A stretch of 64,000 nt of DNA from Acidobacteriota bacterium (GCA_965248695.1 CBDFKD010000002.1:4800001-4864000); one strand, 5' to 3'; positions 53,371 to 63,974 are shown, counted from the stretch's first letter. The notes: generated by a model not told the origin, from the sequence alone. Made by a program: numbers and translations.

Positions 53371-54543
53371 ATGCAGGGTGACTGGCCGCTGACACTCGGC
53401 GCTGCACTGGCCCTACTGGCTGTCGGCGCACTGTTGGGTGAGCTGTGGGCACGATTGCGCGCTCCGGGCATGCCGTTGCCAAGTCCGCGGGCGCGGCCGC
53501 ACTATTTGCTCGGCCTCAACTTCCTGGTTTCGCACCAGCCCGATCAGGCGATCCGTGAGCTGTCTCAGGCTGTGCGACAGGAGACCGAAGCACTCGAGGC
53601 GTACCTCGCGCTCGGCAACCTGTTGCGGGAAAGCGGGCAGTCGGAGCGCGCTATCGACGTTCATCGCAGCCTGCTACACCGGCCGAACCAGTCTCGGTGG
53701 GAGCACACACAGGTGCTGTTCTCGCTGGCGATGGACTTCAAGCGCGCCGGGCTGATCGACCGGGCCGCCAGCACTTTCCAGGAAGTCGTTACGGCGGAGC
53801 CTGACAACCTTGCGGCATTGATGGCGCTACAGCAGATCGCCGAGGAGAGCGGTCGCTGGGAGGAGGCGCAACACTTCCAGCAGCGCATCCAGACCGTGTC
53901 ACGCGGCGCTGAGCCCGATCTCGGTCCGGCGCTGCAGACGGAGTGGGGCCGGGCGGTCAGCGGCCACGATCCGGCATCGGCAGCGGGCCATTTTCGCGCT
54001 GCCCTCGATCTGCGTCCGGACTACGCCCCGGCGCGTATCGGCCTCGCCACCTGCCTGCTGGACGAGGGCAAGGCAGCAGCGGCCCGCGACCACCTGGAGC
54101 AGGCGATTCATACGGGCCCGCCGTGGGCGCTTGCGGCGATGGCCGTCCTGAGGCGTACTTGCGAGGCGCTCGGCGACGAGGGGGTTCTGGAGGCGTCGTG
54201 CAACACGATCCTCGAACGCGACCCTCGCGCCTGGCGGGCGTGGCTCGAGATCGCGCGCCTGCGAACCGATCGGGGCGAGTTCACGGCGGCGCGCGAGGCG
54301 CTGCGTGAGGCGCTTGCCGAGCGTCCGGGCTCGCTCGCGGTGCAGCGTCAGCTATGGGAGTTGTTGCGCTTGGAAGGGGAGGGGATCGACCAGTTCGTCG
54401 AACTGCTCGATGAGGCTCTCGACGATGCCCGTTTGCTCGATCCGTACGTATGCTTCCGGTGTCAGTTCAAGAGCGCTGAGCTGTTCGCGCGCTGCCCGCA
54501 CTGTCACGCATGGGAGACGATGGGCGAGGAGCGGCAGGATTGA
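53371..54543 (+). CDS. lapB: LPS assembly protein B (TPR + rubredoxin-like)
   Basis: N-terminal TM, GLNFL...QPDQAI, LGNLLR..G..ERAI..H and C-terminal CFRC...CPHC..W. Confidence 0.9.
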   Translation: MQGDWPLTLGAALALLAVGALLGELWARLRAPGMPLPSPRARPHYLLGLNFLVSHQPDQAIRELSQAVRQETEALEAYLALGNLLRESGQSERAIDVHRSLLHRPNQSRWEHTQVLFSLAMDFKRAGLIDRAASTFQEVVTAEPDNLAALMALQQIAEESGRWEEAQHFQQRIQTVSRGAEPDLGPALQTEWGRAVSGHDPASAAGHFRAALDLRPDYAPARIGLATCLLDEGKAAAARDHLEQAIHTGPPWALAAMAVLRRTCEALGDEGVLEASCNTILERDPRAWRAWLEIARLRTDRGEFTAAREALREALAERPGSLAVQRQLWELLRLEGEGIDQFVELLDEALDDARLLDPYVCFRCQFKSAELFARCPHCHAWETMGEERQD

Positions 54544-54554
54544 GCAACGCGCCA

Positions 54555-54929
54555 ATGTTCGCCGTGCGTGTCGAGACGCGATTCCGGGCTCGCCATCGCA
54601 TCGGGCCCGGAGGGGAAGAGATCGCCGAGCACGAGCACGACTGGCGGGTCGCGGTGCAGGCCTCATCCGCAGAACTGGATCAGATATCGATCGTCGTCGA
54701 CTTCCGCAAGCTGCGCGACCAGACAGAGACGATCCTTGGTCCGCTCCGCGGCACCGTGCTCGAGGAACACGCCGAGCTCGGAGCCTCGGCGGCGACCGCC
54801 GAGGCAGTGGCGCGCTGGCTGTTGCTGGCGCTGACGCGCGAGAACCAGGGCGAGGCGTATCGCATTACCTCGGTCGAGGTCGGATGCGATGCCGGCGTCG
54901 AGTACATTCTCAACGCACCGGCAGGCTGA
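54555..54929 (+). CDS. queD: 6-pyruvoyl/6-carboxy-tetrahydropterin synthase family (QueD-like)
   Basis: F.ARH, HEH.W.V, VVDF..L and TAE. Confidence 0.75.
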   Translation: MFAVRVETRFRARHRIGPGGEEIAEHEHDWRVAVQASSAELDQISIVVDFRKLRDQTETILGPLRGTVLEEHAELGASAATAEAVARWLLLALTRENQGEAYRITSVEVGCDAGVEYILNAPAG

Positions 54930-55548
54930 TGCCGGCGGCGACGTTGTCGAGATCAGCTCTCAGTGTGCCGAGAAGCTCTTGTACACGAGCTGCCGTAGCC
55001 TCGAGATCTCCGCTGTTGTCGATCGTGTAGTCGGCAACCGCCGCCTTCTCGATCTCGGGCATCTGTGCTGCGATCCGGCGACGTACGTCATCCTCGGCCA
55101 GCCCGCGCCCGGCTAGCCGCTTCACTCGCGTCTCGACCGGGGCCAGGACTACGACCAGGCGCTGGTAGCGCGCCGTTCCTCCCGTCTCGACCAGCAACGC
55201 CGCCTCGGTGACGGCGATTCCGCGCTCGACGCGCCAGTCGGCGATGCGTTCACTCTCGAGACCTGGGATACGAGGATGAATGATCGCCTCCAGCCGACGA
55301 CGGGCGATCTCGTCGGCGAACACGATGCTTGCCAGCGCCGCACGGTCGATCGCTCCATCGGCGGCGCGGACGCCGGCCCCGAACAGCGCCACCACCTGGT
55401 CGTTGACGTCGGTACCGGGTGTGAGCAGGTCGCGCACCAACTGGTCAGCATCGATGAGGAGGCAGCCGCCGGCCTCCAGCATCGTTCCGACGGTGCTCTT
55501 GCCGGCGCCGATGTTGCCGGTCAGCCCGACCTTCAGGATGGCCCTCAC
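54910..55548 (-). CDS. coaE: Dephospho-CoA kinase
   Basis: GLTGNIGAGKST, IDAD, LEAIIHP, ALLVE and RIAAQM. Confidence 0.96.
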   Translation of the reverse strand: MRAILKVGLTGNIGAGKSTVGTMLEAGGCLLIDADQLVRDLLTPGTDVNDQVVALFGAGVRAADGAIDRAALASIVFADEIARRRLEAIIHPRIPGLESERIADWRVERGIAVTEAALLVETGGTARYQRLVVVLAPVETRVKRLAGRGLAEDDVRRRIAAQMPEIEKAAVADYTIDNSGDLEATAARVQELLGTLRADLDNVAAGISLPVR

Positions 55549-55564
55549 GGCCGGTTGCAGGCCA

Positions 55565-55568
<4 letters not shown>
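55544..55568 (+). repeat. CAGGCCACTAG motif copy F
   Basis: CTCACGGCCGG-TTG-CAGGCCACTAG spans the whole gap from the folD stop (CTAG) to the coaE start. Confidence 0.85.
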
Positions 55569-56485
<917 letters not shown>

Positions 56486-56530
56486 GAACGTGCTCCTCGG
56501 GGTTGCAAGGTACCCCGATAGATGTTGGGG

Positions 56531-56554
56531 CTAGAGGCTGCGACAGGCCACTAG
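56531..56554 (+). repeat. CAGGCCACTAG motif copy G
   Basis: CTAGAGGCTG-CGA-CAGGCCACTAG, a near-perfect palindrome flanked by CTAG. The right CTAG is the stop of the last BMC-P gene. Confidence 0.85.
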
Positions 56555-56823
56555 GAGCCCCAGTCGATTTGATCGATGATTCCGACGATCGCGGCGTTCG
56601 CGGGCGCCAGGTCGATTCCCATCGCCTGGCTTGCGGAGCGTCCCTCGATGACCACGAGGACCGTCTCGCCGGCTCCGGCGCCGACGCTGTCGACGGCCAA
56701 GAGCTCGGCGCCCGACTCGTCTCCGCCGCGCGCCAGCGGCTGCACCAGCAGCAGCTTGCTGCCGTGGAACTTGGCGTGTTTCTGCGTCGACACGACGTTG
56801 CCGACCACCCGCGCCACGATCAT
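56551..56823 (-). CDS. Microcompartment vertex pentamer BMC-P (EutN/CcmL family)
   Basis: ARVVGNVVSTQK, KLLLVQP, AVDSVGAG.GE and AAIVGIID. Confidence 0.95.
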   Translation of the reverse strand: MIVARVVGNVVSTQKHAKFHGSKLLLVQPLARGGDESGAELLAVDSVGAGAGETVLVVIEGRSASQAMGIDLAPANAAIVGIIDQIDWGS

Positions 56824-57089
56824 GGGGCGTACGACACGGTATCGACGATACCTACGATCGACACATCTGCCGGCACCGAAGCCGGTAGGAAAGCAAAGGA
56901 TGCCTCGCGGCCGGTGACGTAGAACACGGTTTCGCCGACCCCCGACCCGACCGCGTCGACCGCCACCATGGGCCGTCCGTGGGGTGCTCCCTGCGGCGTT
57001 ATCGGCTGTACCAGGAGCAGCTTCGTGCCGCGCAGAGTGTCGTCCTTGACGGTACAGACAACCGTGCCGATTACCCGCGCCATGTCCAT
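56820..57089 (-). CDS. Microcompartment vertex pentamer BMC-P (EutN/CcmL family)
   Basis: ARVIGTVVCTVKD, AVDAVGSG.GE, GREA and D.SIVGIVD. Confidence 0.95.
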   Translation of the reverse strand: MDMARVIGTVVCTVKDDTLRGTKLLLVQPITPQGAPHGRPMVAVDAVGSGVGETVFYVTGREASFAFLPASVPADVSIVGIVDTVSYAP

Positions 57090-57097
57090 CGAGCGGC

Positions 57098-57124
57098 CTC
57101 GTGTCCTGTCGCGCTAGTGGCTAG
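57098..57124 (-). repeat. Degenerate reverse copy of the motif plus CTAG-TGG-CTAG
   Basis: CTCGTGTCCTGTCGC matches the reverse complement of copy G at 13/15. It is followed by CTAGTGGCTAG at a BMC-P stop codon. Confidence 0.5.
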
Positions 57125-57396
57125 CTGCCGTCGTCGACGTGCGCCTCGTCGACGATACCGACGATGGCAGTGTCGACCGGGCAGTTGGCGAGCCCTTCAG
57201 CCATGCGGGCGGATGACCCGCGAACGCACAGCACGGTCTCACGATACCCGGCATCGACCGTGTCCAGGGCGACGTGATAGCCGTCTTCGTCGTTACCGTC
57301 GGGGTCGACCGGGACAACGATCAGGAGTCGACTCCCCGCGAGCTTCGGGTCCTTGCAGGTCGCTACCACCGTGCCTGTCACGCGCGCAAGAAACAC
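57121..57396 (-). CDS. Microcompartment vertex pentamer BMC-P (EutN/CcmL family)
   Basis: ARVTGTVVATCKD, ALDTVDAG, GSSAR and PVDTAIVGIVD. Confidence 0.95.
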   Translation of the reverse strand: MFLARVTGTVVATCKDPKLAGSRLLIVVPVDPDGNDEDGYHVALDTVDAGYRETVLCVRGSSARMAEGLANCPVDTAIVGIVDEAHVDDGS

Positions 57397-57416
57397 GACG
57401 TCTTCTCTCCGATCCC

Positions 57417-57707
57417 TCAGTCACTCTTGCCGATCGGCAAGCAGTCCTCGAGGCTGGTGTGCGGACGCGGGATCACGTGAACCGAAATCAGCTCACCCAC
57501 GCGTCGAGCAGCAGCGGCTCCGGCGTCGGTGGCAGATTTTACCGCCGCGACATCGCCGCGGACGATCGCTGTCACTAGCCCGCCACCGACTTTCTCGTAG
57601 CCGATCACCGTCACCTTGGCTGCTTTTACCATCGCATCGGATGCCTCGACCATTCCGACGAAGCCCCGGGTCTCGATCATTCCGAGGGCCTCTCCGTAAT
57701 CTCCCAT
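57417..57707 (-). CDS. Microcompartment shell hexamer BMC-H (EutM/PduA-like)
   Basis: [27 protein letters not shown] and HVIPRPH. Confidence 0.97.
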   Translation of the reverse strand: MGDYGEALGMIETRGFVGMVEASDAMVKAAKVTVIGYEKVGGGLVTAIVRGDVAAVKSATDAGAAAARRVGELISVHVIPRPHTSLEDCLPIGKSD

Positions 57708-57751
57708 CGACTGCTTCTCCTCATGCGGGCCGCTTGCCGAGACGGCGGGTT

Positions 57752-58516
57752 TCAGTGGATCGCGCGTAGCGCGTCGGCGATCAGACCGACCAGTTCATCC
57801 TGAGTCAGCGTAATGGTGCCCGATTCATCGGTTGAGGGGTAGCAGATCGCCGGAACGGGCGATCCACCTGCAGCCTCGCGCAAGGCCGACAGCTCATCGA
57901 TCTGCGCTCGACTGAAGTGACGCGGCCCCCCGAGTAGATGGGCGACCAGCGCGATCTGCGCGAAGTGTTCCAGCTGCACCATGCGTTCCTCGGCCTCCTC
58001 CAGCGAGGTGCCGACGGCGACGGCTCCATGGTTGGCCAGCAACACGACATTGAAGTCCCGGATCGGTCCTCGCACCGAATCAGCCAACTCGGGCGTTGAT
58101 GGTCTTCCGTAGGGCGCCACCGGTACACAGCCGAGGAAGGTAATGACCTCGGCGAGCGCCGCCGGCGGTTGCTTGCCGGCGACCGCGTAGCCGGTGGCGA
58201 TCGGCGGGTGCGCGTGCACCACGGCCTGCGCTTCAGGCCGCTCCGCATAGATCGCCAGGTGCAGCTTCAGCTCCGACGACGGGGCACCGCCGCTCAGAGG
58301 TTCTCCGGCGAGGTCGACAAGGACGAGCTCGGTGTCCCGCAATCGTCCCTTGTGCGCTCCCGTGGCGGTGGTCAGCAATCGATCCGGCCCGATCCGGACG
58401 CTGAGGTTGCCTTCGTAGGACGCCAGGATACGGCGCTCGTAGAGCCGTCGCCCGGCCGCCACGATGGCTGCCGCGACGTCGGCTTGGCTGGACAACGGGG
58501 CACCGGTCTCGGGCAC
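57752..58516 (-). CDS. Class II aldolase (fuculose-phosphate aldolase-like) with putative C-terminal encapsulation peptide
   Basis: [19 protein letters not shown] and LANHG. Tail [17 protein letters not shown] looks like an amphipathic helix. Confidence 0.92.
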   Translation of the reverse strand: MPETGAPLSSQADVAAAIVAAGRRLYERRILASYEGNLSVRIGPDRLLTTATGAHKGRLRDTELVLVDLAGEPLSGGAPSSELKLHLAIYAERPEAQAVVHAHPPIATGYAVAGKQPPAALAEVITFLGCVPVAPYGRPSTPELADSVRGPIRDFNVVLLANHGAVAVGTSLEEAEERMVQLEHFAQIALVAHLLGGPRHFSRAQIDELSALREAAGGSPVPAICYPSTDESGTITLTQDELVGLIADALRAIH

Positions 58517-58649
58517 GGGTCCTCGTGGAGGGCGGGGCTGTCGGAGTTTTTCTGACCCACGACACTAACAGGTCGCGTTTGCCTGCGATCGGGGGAGCGA
58601 CTACCGTTGCGCGCCGGGAGATCACCCGCAATCACCGGACCCGCAATCC

Positions 58650-59684
58650 ATGTCCCGTCGCCTCCAGCTTGTCGTCGTCTCACTGCTCGCAGTCGTTCTC
58701 GTCTGGCTGTTTCTGCGGCAAGCCGACCTGCGGCAGGTATGGAGCGCGTTGCGCAATATCGATGCGGTTTGGTTGCTGGCGTCGCTCGGGGCGATCCTCC
58801 TGACCGTACTGCCGCGCGCCTGGCGCTGGCGGCAGCTGCTGTCACCGCTCGGGACCGTCGCCATGCGGCCGCTGGTCGACTGCACGCTCATGGGTTGGAC
58901 GGTCACCGTCGTCCTGCCCGGGAGACTGGGCGAGATCGTTCGTCCGGCGCTGCTGGCACGGCGGACACCGATTCGCGTCAGCGCCGCGATCGGATCCGTC
59001 GTATTGGAGCGTCTCTTCGATGTCGTCGCGGTGGTGCTGTACTTGGGAATCTACCTGGCTGTGTTCCCCCCGCCCCCGCGTCTCGAGGGCGACGGCGCCG
59101 CGGTGTTCGAGGTGATGCGTCTGATCGGCACCCTGGGTCTCGCGGGTGTCGTGTTGGCCGGAGTGGTCGCGGTAGCCGCGAGCCGCAGCGTGAAGCTGCA
59201 CGACGGCATCGACAACCTGGCGGCGTCGTGGTTGCCGGCAAAGGCAGCGTCGATTGTGGATTCCTTTCTCGACGGCATGTCGGGCCTGAAGAGTCCCTGG
59301 CTGGTGGTGCGCATCATCGGTAGCTCGATGCTGCTGTGGGGCATCATCCATCTGATGTACGTGGTGCAGTTCTGGGCCTTCGGTATCGATCTGCCAGCCT
59401 ACGCTTCCATTCCCCTCGTGGCCCTGCTGGTCGTGGGTGTGATCGTACCCACCCCGGCCGCCGTTGGCGCGTTCCACAAGGCGGCGCAGATAGGGTTGGT
59501 GACCCTCTTCGGGATCGACAACGACGTGGCGGTCGCCTATGCGATCGTCAGCCATACGGTGGGTTTCCTGCCGCTCGGCCTCCTTGGGGCGCTATTGCTC
59601 GTGCGCGAGGGATTGACGCTGGGCGCGCTGCGGCGCATTGGGGAAGCGTCGGCGGCGCCGGCCGGAGAGGACCGGGCGCTATAA
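58650..59684 (+). CDS. Lysylphosphatidylglycerol-synthase TM-domain / flippase-like membrane protein (UPF0104)
   Basis: RAWRWRQLL, LPGRLGEIVR, ERLFD and PTPAAVG.FH. Confidence 0.88.
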   Translation: MSRRLQLVVVSLLAVVLVWLFLRQADLRQVWSALRNIDAVWLLASLGAILLTVLPRAWRWRQLLSPLGTVAMRPLVDCTLMGWTVTVVLPGRLGEIVRPALLARRTPIRVSAAIGSVVLERLFDVVAVVLYLGIYLAVFPPPPRLEGDGAAVFEVMRLIGTLGLAGVVLAGVVAVAASRSVKLHDGIDNLAASWLPAKAASIVDSFLDGMSGLKSPWLVVRIIGSSMLLWGIIHLMYVVQFWAFGIDLPAYASIPLVALLVVGVIVPTPAAVGAFHKAAQIGLVTLFGIDNDVAVAYAIVSHTVGFLPLGLLGALLLVREGLTLGALRRIGEASAAPAGEDRAL

Positions 59685-59756
59685 TCCGCCCGACGCTCAC
59701 GATGCGGCGATCCGCGCCGCGTCCATCTGCCCTGCTGTCGGCTTCACGGATTGACG

Positions 59757-60215
59757 ATGAAGTGCCCCTACTGCGGTCACAACAAGGACAAGGTGGTGGA
59801 CTCGCGCGAGGTGCGCGAGGGCAACGTCATACGGCGCCGTCGGGAGTGTTTGGAATGCAGCCGGCGCATGACGACGTATGAGCAGATCGAGGCCGTACCC
59901 ATCGTCGTGGTCAAGAAGGACGGCAGCCGGGAGCGCTTTGATCGGAACAAGTTGCTGTCGGGCATCATGCGAGCGTGTGAGAAGCGCCCGGTGCCCGTGC
60001 AAGAGCTGGAGGCCATCTGCGACCAGGTCGAGACCCGGGCGCAGGAGGGGAGCGGCCGCGAGATCGACTGTCGGGAGATCGGCGAGTTGGTAATGGACCG
60101 CCTCAGAAACCTGGATGAGATCGCTTACGTTCGGTTCGCTTCGGTCTACCGCCAATTCAGGGATGTCAATGCGTTCATGGAGGAGCTCAAGTCCCTCCTC
60201 GACCAGCAAACCTGA
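59757..60215 (+). CDS. nrdR: Transcriptional repressor NrdR
   Basis: MKCPYC, VVDSR, IRRRREC..C, ATP-cone and [10 protein letters not shown]. Confidence 0.97.
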   Translation: MKCPYCGHNKDKVVDSREVREGNVIRRRRECLECSRRMTTYEQIEAVPIVVVKKDGSRERFDRNKLLSGIMRACEKRPVPVQELEAICDQVETRAQEGSGREIDCREIGELVMDRLRNLDEIAYVRFASVYRQFRDVNAFMEELKSLLDQQT

Positions 60216-61443
60216 GGCGCGCCGCGTCGACTGGCGAAGCCTGGCGCGCCTGCTTGCCGAGGATCCGCTCAGCCGCCTGGCGACGCTTGCCCCCGAGGCG
60301 GCGAACGTGGCGCTGGTCGGAGGGGCTGTCCGCGACACCTTGCTCGGGCGAGCCCCAACTGACCTCGACCTGGTAGTGGAGCAGGGCTTCGACCGCTATC
60401 TCGATGCGATCGAGCTGGCGCGCGGCGCCCGGCCGTCGGATATCGGAGATACGTTCCAGCACACGCACCGCTTCCGCTGGAAGGGTGTGCAAGTCGACAT
60501 CGCCCGCGCCCAGGGCAGCCTCGATGAGGACCTGGGTCGGCGCGATTTCAGCGTCAACGCGCTGGCCCTGCCGCTGGGCCGTGGCCGCGATCCGGAATCC
60601 TCGCTGGTCGATCCGTATGGCGGCCTGGCGGATCTGATCGCCGGGCGCTTGCGGGAGACGACGCCAGGTGTGTTGACGTCGGACCCACTGCGCGCCCTTC
60701 GAGCCGTTCGCTATGCCGCGGAGCTGCCCGGGTTCGGCATCGAGGCGGCGACCGCAGCGGCCATCTCCGCAACCGCCCAGCGGTTGACCGAGGTGGCACC
60801 GGAGCGCGTTCAGACGGAGTGGAGCTTGAACCTCGGCTCGCCCGGATGGCGCCGGGCCTTGCGTATCGGTAGCGATCTGGGCGTCTGCGGACCCAGCCTC
60901 GGCGAGCTTTCCACCAGCACGGCCGTCGATGCCTGGGCGTTGGCAGAGTCCGAGCTCGGTCTCGATGCGCCGCAGCTGCGCGGGCGGTTGGGGGCATTGA
61001 TTCTCGATATGGCCGCGGGGGCCAGCGTCGAGGCAGTGGTGGCCCGTCTGCTAGACGGTCGGTGGCCGCCGGCACAGGTTCAGAGCGCCGATCGAGTGGC
61101 TCGCTGGGCGAGCACTTGTGCTGGTGCCACGCCCGCCCAGCTGGCGACCTGGGCACTGCGTGATCCTGGCGCGGCTGCCGACGCAAGCGCACTCGCGTCG
61201 CGCCTCGACCCCGCCTCCCCGGCCGACGAGCTGCGGCGCGACGCGCAGCGCTCCGAGGAGGCGCGCTGGGTCACTGGCGACGACCTGATCGCGTGGGGCA
61301 TGCCCGCGGGACCGCCGATGGGCCGCCTGCTCCGCGACCTGGCGCTCGGGCAGATCACGCGGCGGTGGCCGGCGGCTGCGGATGCCCGGGAATGGGCGCG
61401 CGGGCAGCTGGAACAGGGCCGCCAGGGCCGGGGCGCCAGGTGA
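60163..61443 (+). CDS. CCA-adding enzyme / poly(A) polymerase-family nucleotidyltransferase (start uncertain)
   Basis: [35 protein letters not shown] and PERV..E. Confidence 0.85.
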   Translation: MSMRSWRSSSPSSTSKPEARRVDWRSLARLLAEDPLSRLATLAPEAANVALVGGAVRDTLLGRAPTDLDLVVEQGFDRYLDAIELARGARPSDIGDTFQHTHRFRWKGVQVDIARAQGSLDEDLGRRDFSVNALALPLGRGRDPESSLVDPYGGLADLIAGRLRETTPGVLTSDPLRALRAVRYAAELPGFGIEAATAAAISATAQRLTEVAPERVQTEWSLNLGSPGWRRALRIGSDLGVCGPSLGELSTSTAVDAWALAESELGLDAPQLRGRLGALILDMAAGASVEAVVARLLDGRWPPAQVQSADRVARWASTCAGATPAQLATWALRDPGAAADASALASRLDPASPADELRRDAQRSEEARWVTGDDLIAWGMPAGPPMGRLLRDLALGQITRRWPAAADAREWARGQLEQGRQGRGAR

Positions 61444-62465
61444 GCGGGCAGCGCGCGGACCGTATCGGCGAGCTCGCGCTCGTTGAGCGCATCCGCTCGG
61501 CGCTCGATGTGCCGATCCCGGGGCTCGAAGTGGGGCCGGGCGACGATGCGGCAGTGATCGACATGCCATCGCGACGCCTGGTGTTGACAACGGATCGTCA
61601 GACGGAAGGCACGCACTTTCGCCGCTCGTGGCTGTCGCCCAGGGCGCTGGGTCGTCGGGCGCTCGCCGTTTGTGTGAGCGATCTCGCTGCGATGGGCGCC
61701 ACACCGGCGTGGGCGTTATGCGCTCTCGAGCTTCCGGGCAATCTCGAGGTCGACTGGATCGACGAGCTTGTTGGCGGTCTGCGGGACGGCGGACGCGAGC
61801 TCGGATGCCCCACGATCGGCGGTGACGTTACCGTCACGGCGCGTCGGGTCGGGCTGTGTCTGTGCGCCGGCGGGACGCTTGCTGACGGCGTGGCGCCGCT
61901 CCTGCGAGATCGGGCCAGGGCCGGGGATGACTGCTGGTTGATCGGCCACGTCGGGATGGCCGCTGCCGGTCGATTGCTGCTCGAGGGTGGCCTTACCGAG
62001 CCGCTCGATTCGTTGGCGCGCCGCGCCGTCGATGCGTATCGGTCTCCTACACCGCCGCTGGCGTTCAGCAGCCACGTAGCGGCATATCGGCTCGTCGGTG
62101 CGATGATGGATGTCAGCGACGGTCTGGGTCTCGATCTGACCCGAATGTGCAAAGCGTCCGAGGTCGGCGTGGTGCTGGACGGTGACGCCCTGGTGGAGCC
62201 TGATGTGCTCGAACTGGCGAGCCGAGTCGGCAGCTCGCCCCTCGAGCTGGCCACTGGCGGAGGAGACGACTACGCCCTCATCTGCTCTGTGGGTGCGGGC
62301 GACCAGGCAGCGCTCGCTGCCGCCTCGGAGAGCTTCGAGCTGGAGGCCCGGTGCATCGGCGAGTTCGTCAGCGCCGCCGAAGGAATGACGGTCTGTGTCG
62401 GCGCCGCCAGAGAGCCTCTGAGGCAGTCCGGCTGGGACCCGTTCAGCGGCGGTGGGCCGACGTGA
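61440..62465 (+). CDS. thiL: Thiamine-monophosphate kinase
   Basis: GDDAA, TTD...GTHF, SDLAAMGA, GGD, DVSDGL and GGDDY. Confidence 0.94.
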   Translation: MSGQRADRIGELALVERIRSALDVPIPGLEVGPGDDAAVIDMPSRRLVLTTDRQTEGTHFRRSWLSPRALGRRALAVCVSDLAAMGATPAWALCALELPGNLEVDWIDELVGGLRDGGRELGCPTIGGDVTVTARRVGLCLCAGGTLADGVAPLLRDRARAGDDCWLIGHVGMAAAGRLLLEGGLTEPLDSLARRAVDAYRSPTPPLAFSSHVAAYRLVGAMMDVSDGLGLDLTRMCKASEVGVVLDGDALVEPDVLELASRVGSSPLELATGGGDDYALICSVGAGDQAALAAASESFELEARCIGEFVSAAEGMTVCVGAAREPLRQSGWDPFSGGGPT

Positions 62466-63580
62466 TCTCTTTCGCCGTCGAACACCAGGACGCCGCCTCA
62501 TCGGCACGCACCGGTCGGCTACGAACCCCGCACGGTAGCGTGGCGACACCGGCGTTCATGCCAGTGGGAACGTACGGTGCGGTCAAAGGCATGCCCGCCG
62601 AGCAGCTAGAGAGCCTCGGCGTGCAGATCGTGTTGGCCAACGCCTACCACCTCTGGGAGCGACCCGGTGCCGAGATTATCCATGAGGTGGGGGGCCTGCA
62701 TCGATTCATGGGATGGACGGCACCGATACTCACGGACAGCGGCGGTTACCAGGTGATGTCGCTGGCCGATCGGCGCCGCATAGACGATGACGGGGTTACC
62801 TTCCGGTCACCGCTGGACGGACAGTACCGACGGCTTACGCCGGAGCTCGTGGTCGAGATCCAGGCGCTGCTGGGCGTCGACGTGGCGATGGTGCTCGACG
62901 AGTGCATCGCCAGCCCGTCAGAGCACGCCGAGGCGGCCCGCGCTGTTCGCCGCAGTCAGCTGTGGGCCGAGCGCAGTCGGCCGCTCGCGTCGGCGCTGCC
63001 TGGCGGGTTATTCGGTATCGTTCAGGGAGGCATTTATGCCGAGCTGCGCGAGGCCCACGCGCATGCGCTCGTGGCGCTGGAGTTCGACGGGTATGCCATC
63101 GGAGGGCTCGCGGTCGGCGAGTCGAAGCCGCAGACCTGGACGGCGCTCAGCGCCGCCACCAGCGTGTTGCCGGTCGACAGGCCGCGTTACGTCATGGGTA
63201 TGGGGACCCCTGACGATCTGGTCGAAGCGGTGGCGCATGGCGTCGACCTGTTCGATTGCGTCATGCCCACCCGCCACGCGCGCAACGGCGTGGCGTTCAC
63301 CAGTGATGGCGTCGTGACGGTGCGCCACGCACGCCACGCGAACGATGACGGGCCGCTCGACGCTGCATGCAAGTGTCCAACCTGTGAGCGGTATACGCGC
63401 GCCTATCTGCGCCACTTGAAGTTGCGTCGGGAGATGCTCGGGGGCGTGCTGATGACGATCCACAACCTATGGCACTACCTTGACACCATGAGGCGCATCC
63501 GGCACGCTATCGCCTCCGGCGCGTTCGCGGAAATGCGCGCCGCGACGTCGTGTTGCGGCCGCTCGAACGGCGACGGTTAG
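62462..63580 (+). CDS. tgt: tRNA-guanine transglycosylase
   Basis: TPAFMPVGT, TDSGGYQ, GIVQGG, GGLAVGE, FDCVMPTR and C.C..C. Confidence 0.97.
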   Translation: MISFAVEHQDAASSARTGRLRTPHGSVATPAFMPVGTYGAVKGMPAEQLESLGVQIVLANAYHLWERPGAEIIHEVGGLHRFMGWTAPILTDSGGYQVMSLADRRRIDDDGVTFRSPLDGQYRRLTPELVVEIQALLGVDVAMVLDECIASPSEHAEAARAVRRSQLWAERSRPLASALPGGLFGIVQGGIYAELREAHAHALVALEFDGYAIGGLAVGESKPQTWTALSAATSVLPVDRPRYVMGMGTPDDLVEAVAHGVDLFDCVMPTRHARNGVAFTSDGVVTVRHARHANDDGPLDAACKCPTCERYTRAYLRHLKLRREMLGGVLMTIHNLWHYLDTMRRIRHAIASGAFAEMRAATSCCGRSNGDG

Positions 63581-63668
63581 CGCCCGTTTCGAGACGCCGA
63601 CCCCCACGCCTGGCCGGAGGTCATTCCGGCTCTCCACGGGAGAGAGTTCGCTGCCTTCCCTACTGCTG

Positions 63669-63953
63669 ATGGCCACCGCGCCGGGTCAGAATCCGATCAC
63701 CGGCCTGATCCCCTTCGTTGCGATGGTGCTCATCTTCTACTTCCTGTTGATCGCTCCCGTGCGCAAGCGTCAGCGCCAACACGACGAGCTCCTGAGCAAC
63801 CTGAAGAACGGAGACAAGGTGGTTACCAACGGCGGCATCTACGGCACCGTGGTGGGCATCCAGGACGACCGTTTCCGGCTCAAGATCGCCGACCAGGTAA
63901 AGATCGACGTCACCAAGCAGAGCATTACGGGCCTTGCCGAGGGCTCGGACTAG
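63669..63953 (+). CDS. yajC: Preprotein translocase subunit YajC
   Basis: IFYFLLI.P, L..GDKVVTNGGIYG, and it follows tgt. Confidence 0.95.
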   Translation: MATAPGQNPITGLIPFVAMVLIFYFLLIAPVRKRQRQHDELLSNLKNGDKVVTNGGIYGTVVGIQDDRFRLKIADQVKIDVTKQSITGLAEGSD

Positions 63954-63974
63954 TCCTCGGTTACAGGCCACTAG
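63950..63974 (+). repeat. CAGGCCACTAG motif copy H
   Basis: CTAG-TCCTCGGTTACAGGCCA-CTAG. The left CTAG is the yajC stop. Confidence 0.85.
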
